Source: a virus (lineage: Duplodnaviria; Heunggongvirae; Uroviricota; Caudoviricetes). From it: a stretch of DNA of 64,000 bases. The notes below the pieces were generated by a model. It saw nothing but the letters and a program-made list of their open reading frames with translations. It was not told the DNA's origin and ran no database searches. The position numbers and the translations under genes are program-made. Below, piece after piece: positions 30,180 through 40,714 of this stretch (positions within the stretch are counted from its first letter, which is position 1; the number at the start of each line of letters is the position of its first letter). Location of the stretch: positions 1-64,000 of the IMG/VR virus record IMGVR_UViG_3300044845_000732. One strand, given 5' to 3'.

Positions 30180-30698
30180 ATGGTACAACCACACTATAGT
30201 CCTGGAGAGGCATTAAATAGAGTTAAATTAATGATGGGTTATGATTCATCAAAAACTTTAAATGAGAATAAAACTGTTATTTTTGAACAAAATACTGGTG
30301 ATTTAGAGTATTTTGAAACCGCTACAAAATCAGTAATGAAAAACCCAACCCAAATTAAAAATATTAATTTTGGTAATCCGAATATAAATTTTAAAAACGC
30401 ATCGAACGCAATTAAAAAATCCGTAGATGGGATAGGAACCAAATTTGGAGGGTTAGACTATGTTTTACTAAGCGGGTTTACTAATATTGCAAATTCAATG
30501 GCAATTATTAAATATTACCCAACAATAGGTGGAGAATCTATATTTGACGCATTAAATGAAGAATTGTTTGGTAGAGGTTCTATGAATAAAATAGTTATTA
30601 AAGTTGCAACTCAATTAATGGAGTGGTGTGCTAGTAAACCAAATATTTCACTATGTAAACCTAAAACAGAAGATGAATTAAAATACGGAAAAATATAA
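30180..30698 (+). CDS. hypothetical protein carrying a shared N-terminal module
   Basis: N-terminus EALNRVKLMMGYDSSKTLNEN resembles the N-terminus of 32099..33151. Confidence 0.5.
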   Translation: MVQPHYSPGEALNRVKLMMGYDSSKTLNENKTVIFEQNTGDLEYFETATKSVMKNPTQIKNINFGNPNINFKNASNAIKKSVDGIGTKFGGLDYVLLSGFTNIANSMAIIKYYPTIGGESIFDALNEELFGRGSMNKIVIKVATQLMEWCASKPNISLCKPKTEDELKYGKI

Positions 30699-32074
30699 TG
30701 ATAGGAATGTCCGTAAATATGGGGTATTTGTTTACCGATAAAGGTGTTGTAAAAATGTCTTTTGAACAAAATGATTTGAATGGAAGGAACTTTGTACCTT
30801 ATACTTTTGAATCATTAAACATTGCTTTAGATATTATAAATGAAAATTTTAATTTCAAATATAAAACCGGTAATATTTCATTGACAGAATATACATCTGA
30901 GCCAAGAAGATTTTTGAATTTTTTAATTGAAACTTTAAAACCTGAAAATACAATAAAAATAATCCAAGAATGGGAAACTAATCATGGTAATAAATTATTA
31001 TTAATTAACGAGTCAGTTGATAAATTACTTATAGAACAAAGAGTTGTAGATTCATGGAATTCGATAAAATTAATTATTGAACAAGGTGAATGGTATAATA
31101 AAGTAGGTGATGCCGTTAAATCAGGTGCTAAAAATGTTTACAATTACGGTAAAGACCTTGTTAAACAAGGTGCTGAATGGGTAAAAGACCAAGATAAACT
31201 GATTAGACAAAAAGGGTTTACTCAGTGGGCGAAAGAAAGTGCTGGTAAAGTATGGGGGTACGTAAAAGATAAAATTGCTGACGCATGGAATTGTGCTAAA
31301 AGTGGTATTGAATGTATCATGGAAGGAATGAGAAAAATGGTCTTCAGTGCCGGAGGTACTGCTATATTAACGGGTGTTTCCGCAATACCAGTTGTTGGTC
31401 AAATAACAAATGGAGTTATTTTTGGAGCATTGTTGTTATGGGATATTTATAAGGGATTAACAGGTAAAGGTTGGGAGTACATAAGTATTATCGCCAGTGC
31501 AATTGCGATATTAGCTCCTTCATTAGGGAAAATAGTAAAAACTGCATTTGCAGGAATAAAATCTTTCGCACAATTAGGTGCCGCTGCGGTAAGTAAAGGA
31601 GGAATTTTTCTTAAAGTATTTAATTTATTAAAATCAGGAATTGGTTCTTTAACAAAATTAATAGGTCAGGCGGCTAAATTCTTAGGAGAAAAATTAGGAA
31701 TAAAATCTCTACAATCTTGGGGAGGAAAAGTTCAACAAAAAATGTCTCAAATGGTGGATGATATGGCAGCGGCAGCAAAAAACACAACTCCAAAGACTAC
31801 TACACCTAAACCAAGTCTTAAATCTAAAGTTAAAGATATTTGGAAAAAAAATCCTAAACCAATACCACCGGGAGGTGTAATTGTTGATAGAATGGGTAAA
31901 TCATTTTTACTTACTACCGGAATATGTGCGGCATTAGGTCTCGATGGTTTAAGATGTCAACAAAAAGTTGGGAGTGGTGAAATAACTGATGAACAATTAA
32001 AACAAGCTCAGGCTAAAGCTGAAGCAGAGTTAGCAAAAACGTTTGCGGACGATGAAGTAACATTCGAATTGTAA
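30698..32074 (+). CDS. large Gly/Ala-rich hydrophobic protein (possible virion internal/ejection protein)
   Basis: 458 aa with long hydrophobic Gly-rich segments; start overlaps the upstream stop (TAATG). Confidence 0.5.
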   Translation: MIGMSVNMGYLFTDKGVVKMSFEQNDLNGRNFVPYTFESLNIALDIINENFNFKYKTGNISLTEYTSEPRRFLNFLIETLKPENTIKIIQEWETNHGNKLLLINESVDKLLIEQRVVDSWNSIKLIIEQGEWYNKVGDAVKSGAKNVYNYGKDLVKQGAEWVKDQDKLIRQKGFTQWAKESAGKVWGYVKDKIADAWNCAKSGIECIMEGMRKMVFSAGGTAILTGVSAIPVVGQITNGVIFGALLLWDIYKGLTGKGWEYISIIASAIAILAPSLGKIVKTAFAGIKSFAQLGAAAVSKGGIFLKVFNLLKSGIGSLTKLIGQAAKFLGEKLGIKSLQSWGGKVQQKMSQMVDDMAAAAKNTTPKTTTPKPSLKSKVKDIWKKNPKPIPPGGVIVDRMGKSFLLTTGICAALGLDGLRCQQKVGSGEITDEQLKQAQAKAEAELAKTFADDEVTFEL

Positions 32075-32098
32075 TAAAAAAAACAAAAAATAATAAAT

Positions 32099-33151
32099 AT
32101 GAAAAACATAATTCTTGAAGAACTTAATAAAGCAAAATTGTTAATGAAATATAACACAAAAGTTACATTAAGTGAAAATTTAATAAATAATAAAACTTTT
32201 GTTTCTAATGGTTCTTTATTAACTGAACAACCTGTTAAAACATTGTTAAAGGCTTTGTTTGGGAACGCTGATGAGGCATTTATCGCATCTCTTAAAAAAG
32301 CTGGAAATGCCAAATACTTAGCAAGTATTAAAATTTTAGACGATGTTGCTGCACAAGTAGGGTTTAAAAATGGTGATGAAATAGCAACAGCAATGGCCAA
32401 AGGTACTTTAAAGGCTAACCAAATTGGCCCTCTAGCTAAAGCATTGTTAAAACAAGGTAAAGTAACCGGAAGTTTAAGAACGGTTTTAACTGATAAAGCG
32501 GCTAACATATCACTTAAGAAGTTCCCTAATATGTCAGGTGCAAAAGTTAAAAATGACTTGATAAAAAAAGGATATGACCCAGCAATTGCCGATGAAATTG
32601 CTATGAAAGTTGCTAATAAAAACGTACCAAAAAATGTACCTATAAAACCAACAGATGTGGATGATGCCATTACTAATATTACAAAAACCCCTATTAAAGA
32701 TAGAACTACTTTGTCAGCACTTAAAAAGTGGGGTTTAGGTGCAGGTTTAACTCTTGGTACAATTGCACTTCTTTACGCTTATTTTAACGATAAGCCTGTT
32801 GAGAATGTTACAGATGATAATGAAGAAACTCCACCACCACCACCACCACCACCGGTTACAAATAGATATCGTAATTGTACAGGTACTTATACTAAAGGAT
32901 GTAAATCAGAGGCAATAAAACCGGTACAGACTTGTTTAGGGTTAGTTCCTGATGGTAAGTTTTGGGTGAAAACTCAAGCGGCATTAGAAGCTAAAGGATT
33001 CCCAAATGGATTTACCGATGCTGATGTTTCAAAAATATGTGGTAATCAAACACCACCACCACCACCACCTCCACCAGCTAAGACGGATGATTATGGACTT
33101 GAAGATGGTGAGAGTGACTCAGAAGAATCAAATAATATTCAAGATAAATAA
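32099..33151 (+). CDS. TM protein with poly-Pro tracts and a peptidoglycan-binding-like domain
   Basis: TM helix LGAGLTLGTIALLYAYF; two PPPPPPPP tracts. PG_binding-like VQTCLGLVPDGKFWVKTQAALEAKGF. Confidence 0.55.
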   Translation: MKNIILEELNKAKLLMKYNTKVTLSENLINNKTFVSNGSLLTEQPVKTLLKALFGNADEAFIASLKKAGNAKYLASIKILDDVAAQVGFKNGDEIATAMAKGTLKANQIGPLAKALLKQGKVTGSLRTVLTDKAANISLKKFPNMSGAKVKNDLIKKGYDPAIADEIAMKVANKNVPKNVPIKPTDVDDAITNITKTPIKDRTTLSALKKWGLGAGLTLGTIALLYAYFNDKPVENVTDDNEETPPPPPPPPVTNRYRNCTGTYTKGCKSEAIKPVQTCLGLVPDGKFWVKTQAALEAKGFPNGFTDADVSKICGNQTPPPPPPPPAKTDDYGLEDGESDSEESNNIQDK

Positions 33152-33174
33152 TATTCAAGATAAATAATTACAAG

Positions 33175-34242
33175 ATGAAATTTAATGTAGACTCAAACGA
33201 AGTGCAAAAAATCTTAGAAATGCACTCTAAGTTAAAGAAAAAACCAATATTAGAACAAAATGCTCCTGATGCTGATAACGACGCAAAACCTGGAACAATA
33301 GAGGAACCTAAAAAAGAGGAACCTAAAAAAGAGGAAGTTGTAGTGAATCAAGATGAAATTGATAGAAAATTTCTTAAGGATTCTGAGGCAGCAGGATGTT
33401 TTAAAAATGGGAAAATTAAATATATAAAAGGAACTAAAAAACCCGCTTATCAAACGACTACTCTAAAATCTAACCAAGTTCTTATTTTTTATCCAGATAT
33501 GACTTATCTATTACCTGCAACAGGTGAAAAAGGAAGATGGAAATGTTCAAAAGCCGAACAAATAAAAACACAACAAGCAGCATTAAAGGCTCAACAAGAT
33601 GCAAACACTAAAGATACTAATTTAGTTAAAACAGAAGGTGATTGGAAAGAGGCTAGTGAAATTAAAACAACTCGTGAAAACTTAGAAAACCCAAAAATGT
33701 TTGAGAAAAAAGTTGTTAACGGAGTTACATTATATAGAAGTGTTTCAAGTAGTGGAATCGCTGGAGGACTAAACGATGAACAAACAAAACTAATTAAAAA
33801 ATATAGTGATTTAGGATATAAATTAAGAAAAGAATTAGATTCTGAACAAGCTAAAACTTGGACATCAAAAGTTGTTAGTCCGGCTAGTGAAGGTATATTC
33901 TCTCAAGATTTAGTTATGTACTTCAATCCTAATAATGTTACGGGTTCAGTGGCAACAGAAATTGACAAAAAATTTAAAGAGGCTGTTACTAATCAAACTC
34001 CAACAAGTAAAAGTGATTGTAGAGATACAATTAGAGCTTACTATGAGGCTTGGAAAACCAAAAAACGAGTTGAGCCAAATACATTTGCACCTATGAAAGA
34101 AAAAGTTCAAGCATGTGTGAATGAATTTGATGGTAAATGGGGTGGAGCACTAAGTAAAATTGACAATTATGTTGAGACTCTACGTGGAGGTTCAGGTGGT
34201 CCATTACCATATGGTGATAATTCTAAATGGTTATTAAATTAA
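33175..34242 (+). CDS. hypothetical protein
   Basis: 355-aa ORF. Confidence 0.55.
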   Translation: MKFNVDSNEVQKILEMHSKLKKKPILEQNAPDADNDAKPGTIEEPKKEEPKKEEVVVNQDEIDRKFLKDSEAAGCFKNGKIKYIKGTKKPAYQTTTLKSNQVLIFYPDMTYLLPATGEKGRWKCSKAEQIKTQQAALKAQQDANTKDTNLVKTEGDWKEASEIKTTRENLENPKMFEKKVVNGVTLYRSVSSSGIAGGLNDEQTKLIKKYSDLGYKLRKELDSEQAKTWTSKVVSPASEGIFSQDLVMYFNPNNVTGSVATEIDKKFKEAVTNQTPTSKSDCRDTIRAYYEAWKTKKRVEPNTFAPMKEKVQACVNEFDGKWGGALSKIDNYVETLRGGSGGPLPYGDNSKWLLN

Positions 34243-34249
34243 TTAAGTA

Positions 34250-34903
34250 ATGATTGAGAAAAAAATAAAAAAGGTAATTAAAGAGACTAAAGAACAAAAA
34301 GAAAAAATTTTAATTGAAGAAAATTTAGTTAAAACTAGAATTTTTACAATAATTGAGTCTAAAGAAGTTATTGATAATTTTGAATTTTTACCTGAAGGTA
34401 AAAAGATGAAAATCGCTAAAAATTTAATTGAGGAAATTAGATTTTTAGACGAAAACAATATTTTGAATGAACAATTAATGGATTTCTTGGGTAAGATGTT
34501 CGGAAATAGTTTAAGTGGTATTCTTCAAGCGGCAATTGAACCATTGGTTAATTCAATTTTAGGAGGACTTGGATTGTCAGGGTTTTTTAAAAATGCTTTA
34601 ATGTCCTTTATACTTAAAGACCCAAGGAGACTTGCAAAGGCCTTAAAAAGTTGTAACGAATTAACTGCGTTAGTTTCTGAAGCATTAGTTGAGGCATTAG
34701 TTATGATGGTACAAGAACAACAAGGTATGCAAGGTACCGGATATACAATATTAAGAAATACATTATTAGGTGCGATTCAAGATACTAAAGTTGTGATTGA
34801 ATTACAAGACAAATTAGAAGATACTGTCTGTGGAGTGTACAACAATTTTAATAAAAAAGCTTCAAATGTTTATGAAAAATTAAAACCTGAAGTTGCAGCA
34901 TAA
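34250..34903 (+). CDS. hypothetical protein
   Basis: 217-aa ORF. Confidence 0.5.
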   Translation: MIEKKIKKVIKETKEQKEKILIEENLVKTRIFTIIESKEVIDNFEFLPEGKKMKIAKNLIEEIRFLDENNILNEQLMDFLGKMFGNSLSGILQAAIEPLVNSILGGLGLSGFFKNALMSFILKDPRRLAKALKSCNELTALVSEALVEALVMMVQEQQGMQGTGYTILRNTLLGAIQDTKVVIELQDKLEDTVCGVYNNFNKKASNVYEKLKPEVAA

Positions 34904-34965
34904 TAGAATTAAAAACTCTATTATATAAATTAGATTTTTAAAACAAGGGGGGTGTTTATCTTATC

Positions 34966-34997
34966 TAAAAAAAAAAAGAAGGTAGTAATACCTTCTT
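34966..34997. terminator. bidirectional terminator
   Basis: A-run, hairpin GAAGGTA-gtaa-TACCTTC, T-run, placed between convergent genes. Confidence 0.6.
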
Positions 34998-35017
34998 TTT
35001 TCATTTAATAACAATTC

Positions 35018-35764
35018 TTATTTTCTTTTAAGAATTTCTTTTTCATAATAATCGTCAAATCCAACCATCATATCTGACATTGATTGATTTTTCTCCACAC
35101 CAACAATTTTATCAATTAGACCAAATTGTAATGCTTCATCAGAATTGAACCATTTATCATTTCTTGATGATTCTAACATTTCTTCAAATGTCTTACCACA
35201 ATTCTCTGCCAATATTTTGAATAATAAATAATTGTATTTTTCGGCCTCAAGTTGATTAATTCTTGTGTCTTGAACATTACCTTGTGTTCCGTGAGAAACC
35301 ATGTGTGTCATTACTTTAGAAAATATTAATGAAGACCTTTTACCTTTAGCTCCCGAAGAAAGTAATACGGAACCCATTGACGCACACATACCAATATTTG
35401 TGGTTGCTACATCGGCATTAATAAAGTTCATAGTGTCTCTAATACCTAATCCACTTAAAACACTCCCACCCGGAGTTTGTAGATATAAATTAATATCTTT
35501 TTTCTTATCCAAGTTGTCTAAGAAAATAAGTTGTGATTGGATGATATCACCCATTCTGTCATCAACCGGACCTGAAGCCCATAATATTCTATCCATCATT
35601 AAACGAGAGAAAATATCCATTTGGGTTACTCTCATTTCTCTTTCTTCCAAAATGTATGGAGTCATTGAATTTTGAATGTGGTTGTTGAAGTTGTGTAAAT
35701 CCAAAGATGGTTTACCTAAATGTTTTGTGTAATAACTTTGAAATTCTTGTCCTACGTTCATCAT
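35018..35764 (-). CDS. clpP: ClpP-family serine protease subunit
   Basis: ClpP core with catalytic Ser (GMCASMGS) and His (MTHMVSHG), plus an N-terminal extension. TAtcTTTG at 35780-35787. Confidence 0.72.
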   Translation of the reverse strand: MMNVGQEFQSYYTKHLGKPSLDLHNFNNHIQNSMTPYILEEREMRVTQMDIFSRLMMDRILWASGPVDDRMGDIIQSQLIFLDNLDKKKDINLYLQTPGGSVLSGLGIRDTMNFINADVATTNIGMCASMGSVLLSSGAKGKRSSLIFSKVMTHMVSHGTQGNVQDTRINQLEAEKYNYLLFKILAENCGKTFEEMLESSRNDKWFNSDEALQFGLIDKIVGVEKNQSMSDMMVGFDDYYEKEILKRK

Positions 35765-35799
35765 ATGTTTTAATTTTCAACAAAGATATACAAAAATAA

Positions 35800-36438
35800 T
35801 TAAAGTGCCAAAATATCATCAATAATTTCCTCACTTGATAAGTTGGAGTATAATCTCGGATGTTGATATGACCAAAATGTTTTCCAATTTCCGTACCAAA
35901 TAACCCCTTCTTGTCTTGGGTCAATTGTTCTCCAATCATTACTATTTTTAGGAAATCTACCGATATTATATGACTTATAATAATCTATACCATCTACTTG
36001 ATAGTATGATGGATACTTGATATTTATATCGTCAAAATTGGTATTTAAAAAAATTTTACATCCATGTATTTTTTGATATTCCTCCACCCGAGACACCCAC
36101 AATAGACATTCATCATAATTGTTAGTCTTCAAATTAAACAATACTTGTTTTCCGTAATCGTTAAAACGGTGAGTAAATATTTTTTTTAAACCAAAATTGG
36201 GGATATATTTTGAAACAGAGATTTCAAAATCAAAATAAAATTCGATTGGGATATGAAACTCACCACCATTACCGGATATTCTACGACCTTCAACGTAAAG
36301 AGATTGGTCATCATTTTTTAGGTATTCCCTCAACTCAACGTAATAAAGTTCATCGGGACCTGATATTCGTAAATAAGGTGATGGTGTAAAATTCATCACA
36401 ATTTTTTCTTCGTTAAGAGAAATAAACATAATCTTCAA
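35800..36438 (-). CDS. hypothetical protein
   Basis: 212-aa ORF in the same operon as the carbamoyltransferases. Confidence 0.5.
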   Translation of the reverse strand: MKIMFISLNEEKIVMNFTPSPYLRISGPDELYYVELREYLKNDDQSLYVEGRRISGNGGEFHIPIEFYFDFEISVSKYIPNFGLKKIFTHRFNDYGKQVLFNLKTNNYDECLLWVSRVEEYQKIHGCKIFLNTNFDDINIKYPSYYQVDGIDYYKSYNIGRFPKNSNDWRTIDPRQEGVIWYGNWKTFWSYQHPRLYSNLSSEEIIDDILAL

Positions 36439-38002
36439 TTATTAGTTTATCGATAACCCCAAGTTTTAATGACTCAAATGCTTGCTCAGGGTTTTCAATG
36501 ATTGGTTGATTGTGAGAATTAAATGAAGTGTTCAATAATAATGGTATTCCTGATAACATATAATATTCATTTAATATTTCCCAAAATTTAGGTGTTTTAG
36601 ACCTTTTAACTATTTGTGGTCTGGCCGTTTTATCTGACTTTTGTATAACTGCAGGTATCTTATCAATCCACTCATCTTTTGTATTGTAACATAATGTCAT
36701 AAACTCAGATGTGTATTTTGACTTTGATGGTGTAAAAATATTGTCAAAGGATTCTTCTAATATAATTGGGGCAAATGGCATTGTATCATATCGATTTAAT
36801 CTTTGATTTAGTAGTCTATGTGTTGAGATTTCAGTTGGTCTAACTAAAATACTTCGAGCCCCTAAAGACCTTGGACCAAATTCGGAACCATTTTGAAACC
36901 ATCCAACGATTCCTCCTTGATTGATATAATTTGCGATATCTTTCGGATTATATGGTTCTCTCTTAAAACTATAATCTTTTGAGATTTCCTGTATTTCATC
37001 ATTATTGTATGACTTTCCAAAATAAACATTAGTTAGTTCAATTGGTTCTGTAATCTCACCCAATTTTACTGCTTTATAGATACAAGCTCCTAATGACAAC
37101 CCTTCATCACCCATTGGTGGGTAAATATAAATTTCGTCAACCCATTCTAATTCGTTGAGTTTTTGATTTAATTTAACATTGGCAAATAGTCCTCCGGATA
37201 AGCATAATTGCTTATATTCAGGATATAAATTATGTAAGTCGTCAATAAATTTTAGGAATAGGTCTTCTGTTCGTTTTTGTAAATTAAATGAATAGATTTC
37301 CATTTTTTCTTGAGTATCGAAATATCCATTGAATTTCATCATGTCACCTAAAAACATAGTTTTACTTGATGACCCGGATGGGTAAAATCTAAAATCCTTA
37401 TAATTAATTACGGTGGACAACATATTATAAATTGTCTCATCGTAATGACCATTTGGACCCATACCCATTAATTTACCTTCATCTTTACACATTTTCCATA
37501 TTCCCTCACCATGTTCGTCATATCCTCTCATTGAGGATGTACTGAATCCCCAAACATGAGAAATACTTCCAAATGACGCCAATGGATGACTTTGGATTAA
37601 AGTCATTTTTCCATTATCACACAGATAAACTTTCATTACGGTACTTTCCCCTCCACCATCGTATGTGATAGTAATTGATTTACCTTTCATTCCACTGGTG
37701 TAGTAGGCACCATATGCGTGTGCGGTATGGTGACTAACTTTTTCATAATTATTGTTGCTGATTTTACGGGCAAATGCGTCCGGTGTTGGATTTGCAAAGA
37801 TTCGGTAATTGGCATCTGTTATTTTTAGACCTGTATATTTTTCCGCCTCAATACATGATAATTCACAATTAATATCGTAATTATCACCTGATTTTATTCG
37901 GGTTAGTCTCTCTTCCTCAATACAAAATGTTATTTTACCGTCTCTAATTAATGCAATAGATGGACTATGTGACCCGGTAAAGAATCCATAAATTGAACTC
38001 AT
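36413..38002 (-). CDS. carbamoyltransferase (NodU/CmcH family)
   Basis: N-terminal SIALIRDGKI..EERLTRIK; motif VSHHTAHAYGAYY; Kae1/HypF-like fold. Confidence 0.7.
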   Translation of the reverse strand: MSSIYGFFTGSHSPSIALIRDGKITFCIEEERLTRIKSGDNYDINCELSCIEAEKYTGLKITDANYRIFANPTPDAFARKISNNNYEKVSHHTAHAYGAYYTSGMKGKSITITYDGGGESTVMKVYLCDNGKMTLIQSHPLASFGSISHVWGFSTSSMRGYDEHGEGIWKMCKDEGKLMGMGPNGHYDETIYNMLSTVINYKDFRFYPSGSSSKTMFLGDMMKFNGYFDTQEKMEIYSFNLQKRTEDLFLKFIDDLHNLYPEYKQLCLSGGLFANVKLNQKLNELEWVDEIYIYPPMGDEGLSLGACIYKAVKLGEITEPIELTNVYFGKSYNNDEIQEISKDYSFKREPYNPKDIANYINQGGIVGWFQNGSEFGPRSLGARSILVRPTEISTHRLLNQRLNRYDTMPFAPIILEESFDNIFTPSKSKYTSEFMTLCYNTKDEWIDKIPAVIQKSDKTARPQIVKRSKTPKFWEILNEYYMLSGIPLLLNTSFNSHNQPIIENPEQAFESLKLGVIDKLIIEDYVYFS

Positions 38003-38005
38003 AAA

Positions 38006-39670
38006 TTATCTACTTATAATAAAATTATCAATTACTAATATGTCAAGTTTGTTTGAAATGAATGTTTTAATTGCCTCTTCAGGAGTTTCAACAATTGGTT
38101 CGTGTGGACCATTAAAACTTGTGTTAAGTAAAACAGGAACACCGGTTTCATCATAAAACGAATTGATTAGTGAATAAAATTTTGGGTTATTCTCTTTGGT
38201 AACCGATTGATGTCTTGCAGAATAATCAATATGAGTAACTGCAGGTATTTTATCTCTCCATTCTTCTTTAACTGACGTGGTCACCAACATATGAGGAGAA
38301 TAAACATCTGATTCGAAGACTTCAGATTGATGTTCAAATAAAACTGCCGGTGCAAAGGGACGATACCATTCTCTATGTTTGATATCCCCATTAATATGAC
38401 CTGACATCCATTTTTGAATTGGTGATGCTAATATTGAACGATTACCTAATGCCCTTGGACCAATTTCTGACCCTCCCTGAAACCAACCAATCACTCTATT
38501 TTGGGTTAACCAATGGGTTACATCTTTAATTAATTCACTTTCATCAACATACTCAATAATATTTAAATCAGGGTGGTTATTAATTGCCGTGATAATTTCT
38601 TGTTTTGAATATGTTTTACCAAAATATGGGGACATTGGTTCAGATGAAACAATATCCGTAAGTTGTTGATATGCATACCAAGCGCATCCTAATGGAATCC
38701 CACTATCATCACTCGGAGCTAAAAAATAAGAATTGTCATATAATCCTGAATTTAGAATAACTTCATTTGAATTACAATTTAAAAATGACCCACCAGCAAC
38801 ACATACATTCGAAGATTTTGTTAAATTTTTTGCGATTTTAGCTAAAATTAAAGAAGACCTTTCTTGTTCCCTTTGGTAAATTCCCGCAACACATGCTCTT
38901 GAGAAAAAATCAGATTTCCAAGTTACTTTTGGGTAGATTGTATTATTTGGTATGAATATATCGTCGTCTAATTCTTTTACATATTGTGGAGCTTCATCAA
39001 CAACTGTTTTGTCAGCATATGACGCCAACCCCATTAATTTACCTGCTGGCCAAGTGTTTTCATTTGGTTCGTAGATTAATTGTAATGAACCTGTTGAATA
39101 AACAGTTCCAACAGAAACACCTTCATTGGTGTCAATAGGAACAGGATATTTTATCCATTTTTTATAAACTTCATTATATCCGTTTTTTGTAAAATGAAAT
39201 AATGAAATTCCTTCGGCCCAATCTTCTTCAGGGTCTAAATCAGTTCTATCAACATCATACCATTCATGTAATTTGTTTTTGTAGCTTAAAATACTTCCGG
39301 ATGCGTCCGCAACAATTATTGCTGATTCTTCGAAACCTGAACTAAAAAACGTTGAATATGCGTGGGCCAAATGGTGAGGTAAAAATTTAAGTTTTTTCCT
39401 TTTTAAATCGATATATTTGTTGAAAAACTGAGAATCAACATCATCGGTTATTTCAGTGGTACTATAAACAAATAAGTCTATATCCCTATGAGTAATACTC
39501 AAATAATTTAAACAATAGTTTATGGATTCAAAAGGAATTAATCCCCCTTGATATGCACCATCGTGTTTTATCCTAGATAATCTTTCTTGGGTGATACCCA
39601 CCACAACTTTTCCATTTTCTATGATAACCGCACCTTTATCGTGTCCTACCGAAAATCCTAATACTCTCAT
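38006..39670 (-). CDS. carbamoyltransferase (NodU/CmcH family), tandem paralog
   Basis: GFSVGHDKGAVII..QERLSRIKHD; motif PHHLAHAYSTFFSS. Confidence 0.7.
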   Translation of the reverse strand: MRVLGFSVGHDKGAVIIENGKVVVGITQERLSRIKHDGAYQGGLIPFESINYCLNYLSITHRDIDLFVYSTTEITDDVDSQFFNKYIDLKRKKLKFLPHHLAHAYSTFFSSGFEESAIIVADASGSILSYKNKLHEWYDVDRTDLDPEEDWAEGISLFHFTKNGYNEVYKKWIKYPVPIDTNEGVSVGTVYSTGSLQLIYEPNENTWPAGKLMGLASYADKTVVDEAPQYVKELDDDIFIPNNTIYPKVTWKSDFFSRACVAGIYQREQERSSLILAKIAKNLTKSSNVCVAGGSFLNCNSNEVILNSGLYDNSYFLAPSDDSGIPLGCAWYAYQQLTDIVSSEPMSPYFGKTYSKQEIITAINNHPDLNIIEYVDESELIKDVTHWLTQNRVIGWFQGGSEIGPRALGNRSILASPIQKWMSGHINGDIKHREWYRPFAPAVLFEHQSEVFESDVYSPHMLVTTSVKEEWRDKIPAVTHIDYSARHQSVTKENNPKFYSLINSFYDETGVPVLLNTSFNGPHEPIVETPEEAIKTFISNKLDILVIDNFIISR

Positions 39671-39689
39671 TTAAGTTTTTGTTTGTTTT

Positions 39690-40025
39690 TTATTGTTCGT
39701 CAGTTGGTGTTACAACTTCAGCTCCGCTTACTTCAATATCTGAAGAGTCAACATTTTCTTGATTTTCTTCATTATTCATGTTAACCGCAGTTCCTTCTTC
39801 CAAATCTTCTTCACATTTATAGATATGAATTTGATTGTTATGTTGAAATACAATAACTTTTTTTGTGTCTTCTTTTAAAATAACATCTCCTTTTATATCA
39901 ACAACAATTCCTTCTCCTTGTTGAAAGATTAAACCTAATGCTCTTGCAAAGATTAATGATGCGTTCAATAAATCTTGAACGTCTTGTTTCATGTCCCCTG
40001 GTTCAGGGTTTGTATAATTTTCCAT
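39690..40025 (-). CDS. small acidic hypothetical protein
   Basis: 111-aa ORF; first gene of the minus-strand operon. Confidence 0.5.
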   Translation of the reverse strand: MENYTNPEPGDMKQDVQDLLNASLIFARALGLIFQQGEGIVVDIKGDVILKEDTKKVIVFQHNNQIHIYKCEEDLEEGTAVNMNNEENQENVDSSDIEVSGAEVVTPTDEQ

Positions 40026-40063
40026 ATAAATAAGTTTTTATAAATTTAGTAAATTTTTTCAAT

Positions 40064-40085
40064 AAAAAAAGGGGTAAGAACCCCT
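40064..40085 (-). terminator. orphan minus-strand terminator-like hairpin
   Basis: AGGGGT-aagaa-CCCCT followed by T8 on the minus strand, with no minus-strand gene ending here. Confidence 0.35.
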
Positions 40086-40279
40086 TTAATATTAATTTCT
40101 TTTTTGATTGTTTATGGTTTAAGGTTTTTCCGAGCCTTACGACACCATCATTCTCATATCTGTATGATTTCCAAAAGCCCCAATTATTAATTGGTCATAA
40201 TCATACTAATAAATATCTTAAAAAAAGTTTGGAGTATCAATTTTATTTTATATTTTTGTCAAAAATAAATTAAATTATT

Positions 40280-40534
40280 ATGGCAAATTTTGAAACATAC
40301 GTTGACATCGGACCGGGAGAATTTATTGAAAATTGCTCGAGTCGAGAAATTAAAGAATTAGTTGATATCCTTCTTGAGGAGGGACATTTAGACGGAGAAC
40401 CAGTCACATCTCCTATTCACCACAACCTATTAGATGAGGAGTGGGTGAAGATAGTTGGTAAGTTAATGAGGTCCCGATTATTCTTATCTAACGAGGAGGA
40501 AATGATTATCAAAAACATCGCAAATAGGTTTTAA
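40280..40534 (+). CDS. small hypothetical protein
   Basis: 84-aa ORF; TAttTTTG about 20 nt upstream. Confidence 0.45.
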   Translation: MANFETYVDIGPGEFIENCSSREIKELVDILLEEGHLDGEPVTSPIHHNLLDEEWVKIVGKLMRSRLFLSNEEEMIIKNIANRF

Positions 40535-40714
40535 GACGTTTTTTGAGGTACTTATAGAATAGAGGTGTCTTGAATTTATGGTAATTTTATCGTAAATTTA
40601 AGTATAACTAAACAATACGATGGTGTTAAATTATCGTATTGGCTTTTTCAAAATCCACTTGTTAAAGTCACGAGCGAGGAGTATTCCGGACTCATAAACT
40701 GTAAAAAAGAGAGT

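Noticed and set aside
32008-32670. Minus-strand ORF of 220 aa
   Set aside because: Low-complexity shadow ORF antisense to the Gly/Ala-rich genes 30698..32074 and 32099..33151.
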